A stretch of DNA of 36,776 bases from Octopus bimaculoides. Its lineage: Eukaryota. The notes beneath the pieces are model-generated. The model searched no databases, was not told the DNA's origin, and saw only the letters and a list, made by a program, of their open reading frames with translations. This document shows positions 1-11,363 of this stretch, piece by piece (the stretch's first letter is position 1; each line of letters opens with the position of its first letter). Made by a program: the position numbers and the translations under genes. The stretch is from NCBI RefSeq assembly GCF_001194135.2, contig NC_069000.1, positions 47,397,533 to 47,434,308 of the forward strand, written 5' to 3'.

Positions 1-616
1 AACATCTTTAAAAGACCTCAGCATTTTCAAATCCTCTTCCCCATATATTTCGGTGACAAGAAGGGTATCCAGCTGTAGAAATACAAAAAAATCCTGTCTG
101 ACCCATGCAAACATGGAAAAGTAGCCATTGAAAGAATAATGATTTCACACGCACACACACACACACACACTAATTCATTTTTACATCTGTTTTACCATGC
201 TAGCAGGGGTTAGACGAATAGATTCTTGAAACTTTCTTTTACAATCAGATTGCTCTTCCGCTTGCTAAGCTAGATCTGTTTGTCTTTTTCCAAGTAACAG
301 ATATTTTAATTTCACACTTTTTTGAAGGCAGAAAGCCAGCAGTTGACAAGGGCAAACAACAACAGTGTTACCCCTCAAAACTGGGTCATTTTCAGAATAG
401 CACAAATGTAAACACACACACACATGCTTTTTGAGTTTCTGTCTGACAGAACTATAGTGGAGGAACTTGCCCAATGTGGTGGGGTGGGCGGTTAAAAACA
501 TTTATTTCTGCTGCTGGATCATGCCCCATCCTATCATTTGTGTTGATGGACACACACACACACAGAGTTTTCCCTTTGGCTTGTCTCTATTTCTTCTGTT
601 TGTCCATTGGCCACAG

Positions 617-1010
617 AAAACAAGAAAGTCTTACATAAACTGCTGATACTTCATCCAATCAATGTCCACTTTTGGATGGCTTTGACTAACTGTTATTCAC
701 CAGAGACTACAGCTACAACTGACCACTGCAATAGTCCACACCCAGATGTCACTGACTGTCACATCAGTGCACAGCTAGAGACTACATCCACAACTGGCCA
801 CCACAACTGTGTACAACCAGTGACCACATGTAGAGCTGACCACCACAATAGTCTACTGCCAGATGTTAAGGACCTTCACAACTGTCCACAGACAGAGACC
901 ACATCTACAGCTGACCACTACAACTGTCTTTGGCCAGGTGTCACTGACCACAACAGTCCAGAACCAGATGTCACGCTTTTGAAATATCTAACTTGTCTTC
1001 ATCGATGTTC
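617..1010 (+). CDS. C8orf76: C8orf76-like TPR protein, internal coding exon (phase 1->2) with His/Cys/Asp/Thr repeat insertion
   Basis: Acceptor ...gtccattggccacag at 616 and donor GTAAGT at 1011. The open frame reads ENKKVLHKLLILHPINVHFWMALTNCY...LLKYLTCLHRC. LHKLLILHPINVHFWMALTNCY resembles the human C8orf76 segment [22 protein letters not shown] (recalled from memory, not searched). Confidence 0.75.
701..975 (+). repeat. Imperfect coding tandem repeat (GACCAC..AA..GT...CCAGATGTCACT core)
   Basis: About 4-5 degenerate units encoding DHxNxxxPDVTDxHxxxQxETTST. Confidence 0.7.
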
Positions 1011-1895
1011 GTAAGTAAACCTGTTTCTGTCCTAACACTTAACAAAAGTCCAAGCCCGTGTGTGTGGATATGTGTATATATGTGTGCATGAGTTTGTCTT
1101 TCTTTTGCATTCTCTGTTTTGCAAACAATGACTTCCTGACCGTATCTTTTACTTAATGTCCCCCAACATGTCCAGGTTTCTTGACATGTCTTGACACATT
1201 GTAGCATTTCTTGCATAGAAGAAAGTTTCCTTCAAACGATTCCGTTTGTCTGCCGTTCTCTACATGAAAATCTCCAGCTTGTTCGTTGTTCAACAGACAG
1301 GGAGATTATTACGTTGCTTGGAAACAAAGTGATGGCACGGCAACAAGAGAGGATCCATAGAAAACTCTACTTTGATCATTGCAAACATGGGAAAGCGTTT
1401 CACAAGCTGCCTACTATTTACACAGCTGAGATGCGCCTTGCCATGTTACCCCCTTTTTAAGGAATACAAGAACTGTTGCTCACCTTGTGTCAACATTTGG
1501 AACAATTTCTGTTGTTATTATTTGTAGCAAAAGGTGAAATAGCAGAACCAATAGTTCTGGCTTTTTACATTCTGAGTTCAAATTCCATTGAAGTTCATTG
1601 TGCCTTTTTTTTCCTTCCAGGGTCAACAAGTACAAGTTGAGTACTGGACTTGATGTAATTGACTAGCCCCCTCCCTCAAAATTTCAGGCATTGTGCCGAT
1701 TGTAGAGAGGATTATTATTATTAGTAGCAGTAGTAGTAGTAGTAGCAGTAGCAGCAATAGCAATAACAGTGGTAGAATCAGTAGTAGTAGTAGTAGTAGT
1801 AATCATTGAAATGTTGAAAACTTGTGGGTTTTGTTTTAATTTCTTATCTAAACTGGAAACGATGTAAATTCATTTCCCATTTTGCCCTCCATCAG

Positions 1896-1968
1896 CTCTT
1901 TACTGACACACACCTTGAAGACGACTTCATCTTTTGTTAAGAAACGCCATAAAACATTATTTAACAAG
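1896..1968 (+). CDS. C8orf76: C8orf76-like coding exon (phase 2->0): SLLTHTLKTTSSFVKKRHKTLFNK
   Basis: Acceptor tttgccctccatcag, donor AAG|GTAAGT, phase matches both neighbours. Aligns by eye with human [26 protein letters not shown]. Confidence 0.8.
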
Positions 1969-2437
1969 GTAAGTCAAATATTTTAAACTTTTCCCCATTT
2001 CTCAATTCTGAGGAATTGGTTTTCCATTTCCCCAAAATATTATATTTTGTTTTAAAGACGATGCATGTTTTCTTGTTTTTCCAAACAATATTCTGTGTTT
2101 TCTGGTGAAATTCCTCACAATTTAGACATACATCCTTTGTCTGGTTGTTTAATGTTTGTTTTTCTGGATGGGAGTTTATTTCAGCCAAGTTTTTACACCT
2201 GGATGCTCTTCCTTTTCTCCCAGTTTTAAAACCACTCCCACCCACCCACCTCACAATTACAAAATGCTAAGAGAGATGTTCTTTCATATCTCCATTAAAC
2301 CACAAAATATTATGCAATGTATCCCTTTGTCTCCAGCCTCCCATTAAACCACAAGATGTTATGAGAGGATAACAAATGACATTGTAAATTAAAATATTCT
2401 AAATTTGGTTTCAAATATTTCTTTCTTTCATTTCCAG

Positions 2438-2497
2438 GTCAATTCAGCAATTGAACAATTCCAGATTGGCAAATCCATCACAACAACAATCAAAGAG
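2438..2497 (+). CDS. C8orf76: C8orf76-like coding exon (phase 0->0): VNSAIEQFQIGKSITTTIKE
   Basis: Strong acceptor tttctttctttcatttccag, donor GAG|GTTGGT, 60 nt open frame. Confidence 0.8.
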
Positions 2498-2537
2498 GTT
2501 GGTCAATATTAAGAAAACATTTTATTACTATTTATAG

Positions 2538-2769
2538 AAGATGGCAGAATTGTTAGCACATCAGACAAAATGCTTTGCAATATTTTGTCTGTCTTTACAT
2601 TCTGAGTTCAAGTTCCACCAAGGTTGATTTTTGCCTTTCATCTTTTCAGAGTCAGTAAAATAAGTACCAGTCAGATACTAGGGTTGATGCAATTGACTGG
2701 TCCCCCGTCCCCACAAAAATATTTCAGGCCTTGTGTCTATAGAAGAAAGGATTATTCTTGTTCTTAAAA
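2538..2769 (+). mobile_element. SINE family A copy in a C8orf76 intron
   Basis: Matches 30966-31178. Confidence 0.7.
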
Positions 2770-3318
2770 ATCCTTTGAATCCTTCATTTTCCCATATCAA
2801 AGACTAAGATTCAGTTTCTGTGGAGGGAGAAGGGTTTTGATGAAGGTAGAGTCCAGCCCTGGATCCTGTAGTATCAAGACATTCCTGCCTCTTATTTTAA
2901 CACTGACCCCCCCTCTGAAGAAGCTGTAGATTGCTGTGTTTTCATCCCATTGATGTTCACTTTACATCTTCCTGGGACTGGTCATCATCACCATGTCTGC
3001 TTTTTATGCTGGTATGGGTTGGATGTGTGGGGCCATTTCTTAGAACTACTGGTCATAACTGTCATTTGGTTTAGATCTTATGGCTGGATGGATGCTCTTC
3101 CTATCACAAACCATTTTACAGCATGCTTGTTGCATTTTCTCCTGGCACCAGCGAGTTGAGTAACCCTCGACACGACCCTAAAGACCTCACAACCCTCCAC
3201 TTTCTATGCTCAAATCCTGAAACTGACTTAAGAAAATGTAATCCTCCCTAAAATTGTTGTAACTGATTAATCTTTTTGGAATTTCTCCTCATTATTCTTC
3301 TATATTTTGTTTATACAG

Positions 3319-3387
3319 GTTGTGTCACAAGATCTTGGTTACAACACAGAATTGCCAGCATCAGATGACAAACTGGTCAATCAACAG
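3319..3387 (+). CDS. C8orf76: C8orf76-like coding exon (phase 0->0): VVSQDLGYNTELPASDDKLVNQQ
   Basis: Acceptor tattttgtttatacag, donor CAG|GTCAGA, 69 nt. The junction peptide IKEVVSQDL resembles human IAEVMGEDI. Confidence 0.8.
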
Positions 3388-3592
3388 GTCAGATGATAAT
3401 CTTTTATATGAATTGCATGGTTATTCGTATCACTATGGCCAAACAGAATGATATACACTCGCTCATGTATTTATATAATAATGGAGAACACAGATTCTAC
3501 TTAGCTTGACGCATCTCTCGAGCCCTTCGTCATTTCCTCAGGGATCAAGATGACACTTGGCAAGATATGGCACAATGCAGGATTCAAAGGAT

Positions 3593-3710
3593 TTTTAATA
3601 ACAAGAATAATCCATTCTTCTATAAGCACAAGGCCTGAAATATTTTTGTAAGGACAAGGGACCAGTCGATTGCATCAACCCCAGTGTCTGACTCTGAAGT
3701 TGACCTTAGT
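3593..3710 (-). mobile_element. SINE family A 3' part, inverted relative to 2669-2769
   Basis: The reverse complement of 3593-3693 matches 2669-2769 at 90/101 nt by manual alignment. Confidence 0.75.
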
Positions 3711-4201
3711 CTATAATAATGCACATGGATTGATATTGAAAGAGTCTATAATGGCCAAGGTGCCAGCTGATTGTTTCCTTAGAATTATAAGATGGTGCTC
3801 CAGCATGACCACAGCCACCTGGCTGAAACACGTCCAAGAATAAAAGAATATACTCCTGTTTTACAAATATATTTTGTGGAAAAAATGTTTGATTTGACAT
3901 TTTCAAGTAGTTCCATAGCAAAGAAAAAAATGTCTGATTCTCTGCATTTAACTCCAATTAATATGTGACATTCTCCTCTCAAATAGAGAACCATAAATTT
4001 AATTTATTTCAAATTTCTTCTATTTTGGTCAAGAGAATCGCTATGCAACATGTTAAAACTTGTATTTCTGGCTGTAATTGGCTGGTCAAGCCCTGCTCCG
4101 TTTTTGTTATCTGCTCATAAATGGCTGACACAGGTGGATGAAAATTCAACATTCGTCTTCCGAGGTGAATGTTTCATTCAGATAAAAGAAATGCTTTTTA
4201 A

Positions 4202-4327
4202 CTCTTTAGCATTCAGATTATTCTGTCAAATGTGAAGCTTATTCATAGAGTAGGTGTGAGAGACTGGATCTGACTGGTTTGAACATAAAACCAGAAGAAT
4301 ATTTGGGCTGGTTTAAATGCTAAAGGG
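4202..4327. mobile_element. TTAA-type (piggyBac-like) MITE
   Basis: TIRs CTCTTTAGCATT / AATGCTAAAGGG (11/12 match), flanked by TTAA on the left and TTCA on the right. Confidence 0.6.
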
Positions 4328-5080
4328 TTCAAAGTCTAAATATGTAAAACACACACACGTTAACCCAGTCCAGGCTATCAGCGACTGGCAACCCTGTCAA
4401 TGCTTTTAAAGACCCTGCAATATAAAATACAAAACCTGTCAAAGGACACAAACTCAAGTAGAGTCAACAATGGTCATTCCCCAACGAGGAGTGAGAAACC
4501 CCCTTGTCTTTAGACATCTCAGGAGAAGCAAACTCTGATGTAACACCTGCAACTTGCGTCTAATGATGTTGATTAGTTCTTTTTAGGAATCAGCTCTGTG
4601 CAAGGCCTTTTGTCACCTTTGCTGTGTGTTACATACAATGGCTGACCATGGCCAAAGAAAAAAGAAAAAGCAAACACTCAATGAATTTCAATGCTGGAAC
4701 ATAAGCCAAGTGTCGGTGAAGGTGGTAACTATGAACACCTGCTGCAAGAGGTGCCCATCATTGCCACATCTGTATGAAAAAGTATAGGAGTCTAAAAGAC
4801 CACATTTGGGCTGCTTTAAGAGAGCAATAATCTTGTTGCAGCCATCATCATCATTGTTGTAATGTCTATCTTTCCATGCTTACATTGATCAAACAGGATT
4901 CGTGAAGGCAGATTTTCTGCAGCTGGGTGCTCTTTCTGTCACCCACCTTCATCAAATAATGTTTTCCTCCTTGTGTAGAAGATTGCAAATAAATATTACT
5001 GCTTGTAGAAGATGGTTACCCAAGAGATACCACAGGAACTGAACCCAAAACCATAGGGAAGCAAACCTCTTAACCATACA

Positions 5081-5084
<4 letters not shown>

Positions 5085-5142
<58 letters not shown>
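5085..5142. repeat. (TA)n microsatellite
   Basis: Direct inspection. Many other (CA)n, (GA)n, (TA)n and (AGT)n tracts occur, e.g. 1720-1800, 7211-7290, 11620-11677, 16527-16588, 22129-22174 and 33763-33815. Confidence 0.95.
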
Positions 5143-5143
<1 letters not shown>

Positions 5144-5617
5144 GCGTGCATGTACAAACATGTAAATATATAAACCTGCATGTGCCTCTTTGTATCTATG
5201 TGAGTGCATGTAGTTACACGTGTGAGTGTGCGGGTGTTGAGGGTTGCAAAGGAGAGAAGAAACTGACTCAATATGCGTAACAGAGTTTATTCATGGATTC
5301 CGAGCTGGGATTTCACTTCGTCACGTTTTTCATTTCCGTTCTTCACTGCGAAGAAAATAATGTGAAGAATAAAGAATGGAAAAACTCAGAGTAGCGACAT
5401 TGTGAAGCTTCAAATAAACAAATATGTATATATTAAGTAGTGCAGTCATTTGAACAGACTTACTCTGTAATCACAAAAGAGCAGACGTCAACATTTCTCC
5501 TCCTAACATAACACATACTGTTACAACACTTCTAATAATCTGTACTCTCTTTCTATGTACTCACATCCAACATGTACTCCAAACATTACAGCTGTATCTT
5601 TTATTTACTTTTTACAG

Positions 5618-5698
5618 GAAAACCCTGAAAGTTTATCAGCAGAAGATTTTGAGACCAAATGGTTTTCTTGGATCAAAAATATGGGCCCATGTTCTTAA
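5618..5698 (+). CDS. C8orf76: C8orf76-like last coding exon: ENPESLSAEDFETKWFSWIKNMGPCS*
   Basis: Strong acceptor ttttatttactttttacag, phase 0, TAA at 5696-5698. SAEDFETKWFSWIK resembles the human C-terminal motif SSEEFEDKWFRKIK (recalled). Confidence 0.8.
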   Translation, partial: ENPESLSAEDFETKWFSWIKNMGPCS

Positions 5699-6087
5699 AT
5701 GTTGACCTGGTGAGGAATTAGTTGGGGCAATATTCAAACACACAGCTGCTTTAAAGTCTTGAAACCAGCTCCTATGGCAAGATTTAAAGACATCACATAC
5801 AGATTTAAGCAGCATCTCTCAACTTTAGAGAATGAGGACAAGTGACATTCTTACAAGACTTTCTCATCTCTATCAGAAAAAACATTACTTTCATTATTAT
5901 GTTTCGTTCTAGGATGTAATGGGTTGGAGGGTTATGCAAATTTTGACATTTGCATAGATTTTTCCAGTTGGATGTCCTTCATATTGAAGACTAATTATCC
6001 TTCAAGTGTTATGGCCCATGACCATGTTAGCAGTCAAACATAAATTACCTCACAGCCATGGAACCAATTCCAAGAGAATCTATTGTC

Positions 6088-6093
6088 TTTATT
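6088..6093 (-). terminator. Candidate polyadenylation signal (AATAAA) of the minus-strand microexon gene
   Basis: tttatt on the + strand, about 165 nt past the TGA. Confidence 0.45.
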
Positions 6094-6256
6094 TTCCAGA
6101 AAATAGTATTACAAAATATTCAACCAGTTATTTAGAAAGTCATTAATATAAAATCTGAAATACTTGATTTTGAAATGTTTTAATAATTTAGAATTTTTCC
6201 ATAAGGTATAAACTAGAAATATTTAAATTTCAGTGAAGAGTACCAGGGAAACAGGA

Positions 6257-6330
6257 TCACTTGAGCCATGTCTGAATGATATTCATCATAATCAACCCTG
6301 TACTGCACACCATCAGTAGAGAATTAGCAG
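6257..6330 (-). CDS. Last coding exon, GPI-signal-like hydrophobic tail: AANSLLMVCSTGLIMMNIIQTWLK*
   Basis: Very strong acceptor ttttttttttttgttttttatttcag, phase 1, TGA at 6259-6257. Small residues D-A-A-N-S are followed by about 15 hydrophobic residues. AATAAA lies downstream. Confidence 0.75.
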
Positions 6331-7052
6331 CTGAAATAAAAAACAAAAAAAAAAAACACCTTCAATTAGTCTCTATCATAAAACACATTTCTACAAAAGA
6401 AAAAAAAAACATTTTGGTGGGTTGAGGTGGAATATGCTAACAGCAAAGTCTGCCTGCTGTAAACTCTTGAAGTATAAAACCTTTCAAGAGATGACCATGT
6501 TTGTATAAACTAAAATTTTTTCAGTCCCTAAATTCTGAAATGGATATTTTACAGCTCAGTAAAAATAATGCAACTCACTCAACCATTGAGGCATAATCGA
6601 ACTCATTGTCATTCATGTAAACTCAGACAAGAAGAGTTAATATTATACCTTAGCATTTAACACAACAGCAGGAGTAAGTTTTGAACTCGTGACCACTTGG
6701 TTACAGTTGTTATATTACCGCTTACAATATTTCCAGGGTTACAACTATTATTACTCTAAAAATTCATTTCTTTTCTCTCAATAATCAAAATAATATTTCT
6801 AATAATTCCTTCTGTTTCAACATTTACATGGAAATGATTGACAGAGTTTTTTAAGTGAACAGTGATTCCTTCACTTGACACTGGACACTTCTTCCACTCT
6901 TTTGATTACAGCAAATAACACTAACTTCTGGACCACTTTTTTAACTGCAATTCTGTATAGCCTTTAACACTATCCCCTGTGTGGAATGTGCCCCACTACT
7001 ATGACCATCGTTGCCCTAACTGGGATTCAATCAAAATTTAGTGGTCACTTAC

Positions 7053-7073
7053 CATCACTGGAGCCAGTTGATG
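7053..7073 (-). CDS. 21-nt phase-1 microexon: TSTGSSD
   Basis: Acceptor cttttttattttttttttag, donor ATG|GTAAGT, symmetric phase 1. Confidence 0.75.
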
Positions 7074-7208
7074 CTAAAAAAAAAATAAAAAAGCATAAGA
7101 AATATATCAAATTAACAAAAATCAGTTCAGTTATATTTTTTATCCGGTCATTTCAATATTGCCTTCTTTATAGAAAAATGTAGCTAAGGTGGGTCATATA
7201 AATTGAGA

Positions 7209-7242
<34 letters not shown>

Positions 7243-7252
7243 ATATTGTGCC

Positions 7253-7291
<39 letters not shown>

Positions 7292-8157
7292 TCTAAATGA
7301 GCAACAGAGATGTACAGATGACTGCATAGACTTCAAACAAAGGATATAACTTTATTTTTTATCCTTTATGTTTGAAGTCTATGTGGTCATCTGATGAGAA
7401 TGGTTTCTTTCAAATTGATGGAATGTTTTCATTAATCAATCAAATGGAGCTGCTTGAAATGGCCATAATGAATTGACACTTGTACATCTTTGTTACTCAT
7501 TCATATTCTCTTCACCTAACTTGGAATCTGCACTTTGGAAATACTATAGAAAGTACAGGTCTGAATTACCAAGGGCAGATATCTTCACTTGGCTGGGTTG
7601 CATTGTCTGCACACACGGCAGGAATATCAGGTACAAATACCCACTGCACGGAGTCTTGACATTCAGTATTCAATTAATATTGTTTGGGTGTGCAGATTAT
7701 ACTGACCAAGTAAGCTGCTTCTATTTAAGTACCTAATTCAACGGAATCTTAAAGGATTTATATTTAAGTTCTTTTTTATGAGAAACGTTTTTGGGTGCCT
7801 CAAAAAGGCTCCTCTGCTATTTATTATGGCTCCTGCTCATTATTCCCATCTTCCAAAGTAATTTTATGAGATGGTTATTAATTGGATGCTGCTCTGGTGT
7901 AGGATAAATATAGTAATGATATACTGGTGGGCTTCCATATAGTTTTTGTCTGCCAGTTCCACTAACAAGGTATTGGTTGACCATACAGCCATTGCCGAAG
8001 AAGAGGTGAGTGCAAGGCATCAAAGGATAGATATATTCTGCTGGTTATAACAGAATCCTTTTATCAAGTCAGAAAATCTTCATGGCTCTTCAGCAGTCAC
8101 TGTTGTGTGTCTGCTACTAAAGTAATTTTTGAAGATAGCTTTTTCCATATATTTCCT

Positions 8158-8643
8158 TTCCTGAGTGTCCAGTAACACGGTACCACGTCCTCATGTTGTT
8201 TTTCTCTTGCTTGTTCAGATTGACTATATACCACATGTTCACATGGACCCTGGCCTCCTGACTGACTTTGGAGTACCTTAATTCCTGAAATGTACCTCCA
8301 GATTACTCTTCTTCTTCATTCAGATTATGCCACTCTACACCTTGATTGGGGAAATCATTACAATTTCTCTGTGACTCGACCCACTTTATCTCCTCCTCCT
8401 CCCTATCTTCTGTTCTACTTCCACTTTTCTCTTTCCCTTTTTGTCGCCACCAATAACACCTACCACGTATGTATCATTGGCAATTTTCTTTCTCCCTCTT
8501 TAAACTTTTTCTATATTTCTGATGAAGAGCTCTGCTCGAAACGTGAAATCTTCTTTATTTTCCTGAATGTCCAATAACACAGTACTTGTACCATGTCCTT
8601 GCGTTTTTGTTTTTTCTTGCTTCTTGTTTGGATTGACTGTATT
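8158..8643 (+). mobile_element. Penelope-like element 3' remnant with direct terminal repeats
   Basis: Direct repeats at 8158-8230 and 8560-8643 (ttcctga.tgtcca.taacac...gattgact.ta), and tctgatgaagagctctgctcgaaacgt. A similar tail, gaagagcgtagctcgaaac, lies at 36150-36345. Confidence 0.4.
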
Positions 8644-9005
8644 TGTGTGTGTGATATCATTTTAACGTCCACTTTCCAATGAGAGGTCAGATGGAATTTA
8701 CTGAGGCAGATCCCCTTCCTGCAATCAACCTGTTTCCAAGAAAGGCAATATTTCCCCATGGTCAGGCACGTTTTTGTAGAATATTGGAAATGATACTGCT
8801 TATATGAGAGGGTCATTCATTTACAACTATCATGTAATGTCAGACACACACACACACATTTAAAAGAGCAGCCATGTTGTATATTTGGGCCTGAAAGATT
8901 GCTTGGAAACATCAGGTATAATAATAATAATAAGAGCTTGCCAGTTTATTGTATTTTCACAACATGAAACTTAAAATAGTAAATTGAACAGACTGTGTAT
9001 ATATA

Positions 9006-9213
9006 TTGATTGGCTTTCAAATTGTGGCCCAGGGCCAGCAAGTTGTGGGGGGAGGGGGGCTAAGGCAATTACATTGAACTCAGTGTTTTATTGACCCCAA
9101 AAGGATGAAAGGCAATGCTGACCTTGGTGGAATTTGGACTCAGAACAAAAAGACAGGCAGAATGCCACTAAGCATTTTGCCCAGCATGCTAATGGTTCTG
9201 CCAGCTCACCTAC
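9006..9213 (-). mobile_element. SINE family A copy (reverse)
   Basis: gaccccaaaaggatgaaaggcaa...ggaatttggactcagaac...aagcattttgcccagcatgctaatggttctgcc. Confidence 0.7.
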
Positions 9214-9226
9214 TATATATATAAAC

Positions 9227-9422
9227 CATCATCATCATCGTTTAATGTCCGCTTTCCATGCTAGCATGGGTTGGACGATTTGACTGAGGACTGGCGAACC
9301 AGATAGTTACACCATGCTCCAATCTGATTTGGCAGACTTTCTACAGCTGGATGCCCTTCTTTTAACGCCAACCATTCCGAGAGTGGAGTGGGTGCTTTTT
9401 ACGGGCCACCAGCATGAGTGCC
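9227..9422 (-). mobile_element. RTE-type 3' tail repeat (reverse copy)
   Basis: catcatcatcatcgtttaatgtccgctttccatgctagcatgg...tttctacagctggatgcccttc is the reverse complement of the 26.1-26.24 kb tail. Confidence 0.7.
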
Positions 9423-9702
9423 ATTCTTATTACCATCCACTTTTACTGAGTCTACTGGTTTTGTTTTCTTGAGGCACTAACACGGGATGTGTTGAATAAA
9501 GGGACCTCATAATATTCACTGATAAAGTTATAGCCATAAATAGGTATTTGTTGGTCCTTATGCTGTGTGTATGGACGGGACCTGACATAACATCTAAGGA
9601 GGTTTACATCACTGACAATTGTTAGATTGCTATTGAATCTGTAGCATACACTCCATACATTATTCTGTTTCTATAAATATTTTGGACAAAAAGACAACTT
9701 AC

Positions 9703-9732
9703 TGGTATCTTCTCCGTAAAGAGTTGTTGCCT
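9703..9732 (-). CDS. 30-nt phase-1 microexon: EATTLYGEDT
   Basis: Acceptor cttgtcttatttatttcag, donor CCA|GTAAGT, symmetric phase 1. Confidence 0.75.
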
Positions 9733-10859
9733 CTGAAATAAATAAGACAAGTTTGCATTTATTTAACATTCTATAAGAATACGTTAACATACACTGACAG
9801 ACATATGCAGACAGATACTCCACACACAAAGGAACTGCTATATATAGAGGAAGAGGGAACATCTGGCCACAGACCACAAGCTAATACCTACACCCACAAA
9901 TTGTTTCATTCAGCCCAAACTGTGTTGAGATGACACTTTTCACGACTGCAATGATAACATCTAATCGATAATGAAGCAGTTGCAACATTTACACCCATGC
10001 AATAGTTGATCAAATGACCTTCCCATGTTAAGAGTTAAATCAAGCCCAGTTGCAGCACTTCCCAATAGAAAATGTCTTCTGGTTTAGACGAAACCTTAAA
10101 AGTGTGCAGTTTCTTCAGACAAACTCAAGAAATGCTTATAGGCAGGAATCTTCCTGTCACCAACAACTACTACATACATACATACCATATTAGCCAAAAT
10201 TTTAAAAGGGCTGCAAGTAGATCCTTAGTGGACACTTATTTGTGCCCTAAATCTCTGTTGTCAAATTTAACATTCTAAGTACACCCCCATCCCCACCCTT
10301 GCTCCCATGAACCATTTCTCTTCACTTTATTCACTACCAATCCAACTACAGTCAAATACTTTGTCCACATCTGAGAATTCAAACTTAAGCTAAAAGCTTC
10401 TCTTGCAGCCATTTCTTTAGAACTATGGCACCTCTTTTCACCCTCCCACCATCAAAAGGTCATTGGCATTATATTCAGTAGTTCACTTGGCTGAATTCTT
10501 CATGTCAGTGTCTGATGATTCCAGAGACACTCTTTACCTTTGAAATCCATCTAAAACAGCTTCCATCTTACTAATTTCACTCCTAAAACATGGTTTGACC
10601 GAACACAATGGTAAAAAAAAAACAACCTTGGCCCAAGATGTCACTGAGAGGGATTGAACATGTGACCTTGAGATTGTGAAGCAGGCAACCATTTGACATG
10701 CTAATAAAATGATGGCCATTCCTTCCCACAATCCCTATTTACTACTAAACTAATTAATACAATTAGTCTGATATTAACAGCACATCTGCTGCTTGACTAT
10801 CCCACCTCTTTGCTGGTTCCATTAAACCAATTTTATTTCTCAACCTCAAAGTGTCTCTC

Positions 10860-11330
10860 TCAGACATTATTCTATGACCACCACTGTTTATATTGGAAAC
10901 ACTTCATATTTCTTATGTGAATCCTCCTCTTCGGATTCCCTTGCTCTCCGCTGTTTCCCTCATCTGACAACCCTAAGCATTACACTTCCCCTCCCCACCA
11001 ACTGGGATTCTCCCTCTGATTTGCAGCAAAAACAATTGTCTGAATCCATCATCATCTGGTCATTCAACACAGCTTGTCAGACTCTTTCCACACCAACAGA
11101 GATAGATTAATAATTCCAGATTCAACTGACACGTCAGCATGAAGTCCACTGCATCTCAATTCCAACACCTTTAATCTCTCTCCATCTCTTTTCTGCCAAA
11201 CTCCATTGGACAAGTAAAATAGCTCTCATCCGTTACTAAGCCAACTCTATTCGATTCTCATCCAACCTTTTACACGACATCCTCCTTGGTCTCACTCCTT
11301 CAGTCAACCTCTTCCAGGTTCCTTGTTAAT
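10860..11330 (+). mobile_element. Highly decayed retroelement (Penelope-like) fragment in an intron
   Basis: Pyrimidine-rich broken frames with NLLHDILL / QPLPGS segments reminiscent of the Penelope RT-GIY linker. Weak. Confidence 0.25.
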
Positions 11331-11363
11331 TACTTTCTCAAGCCAAAGACTTCAAACACTTAC

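Noticed and set aside
1191-1460. 89-aa ORF in a C8orf76 intron
   Set aside because: No good splice-site pair in a compatible phase, and exons 1010 and 1896 join without it.
4134-4164. Possible extra C8orf76 exon VDENSTFVFR
   Set aside because: It ends in phase 1, incompatible with 5618, the acceptor is weak, and the spacing to the KWF motif already matches the human protein without it.
7957-8005. Plus-strand exon-like segment STNKVLVDHTAIAEEE, phase-compatible with a 5618-5709 exon, suggesting read-through or A-to-I recoding of TAA 5696
   Set aside because: C8orf76 similarity ends at the KWF motif just before the stop, the segment lies in an intron of the opposite-strand gene, a phase match has a 1-in-3 chance, and the next 'exon' (8219) comes from a Penelope-like repeat.
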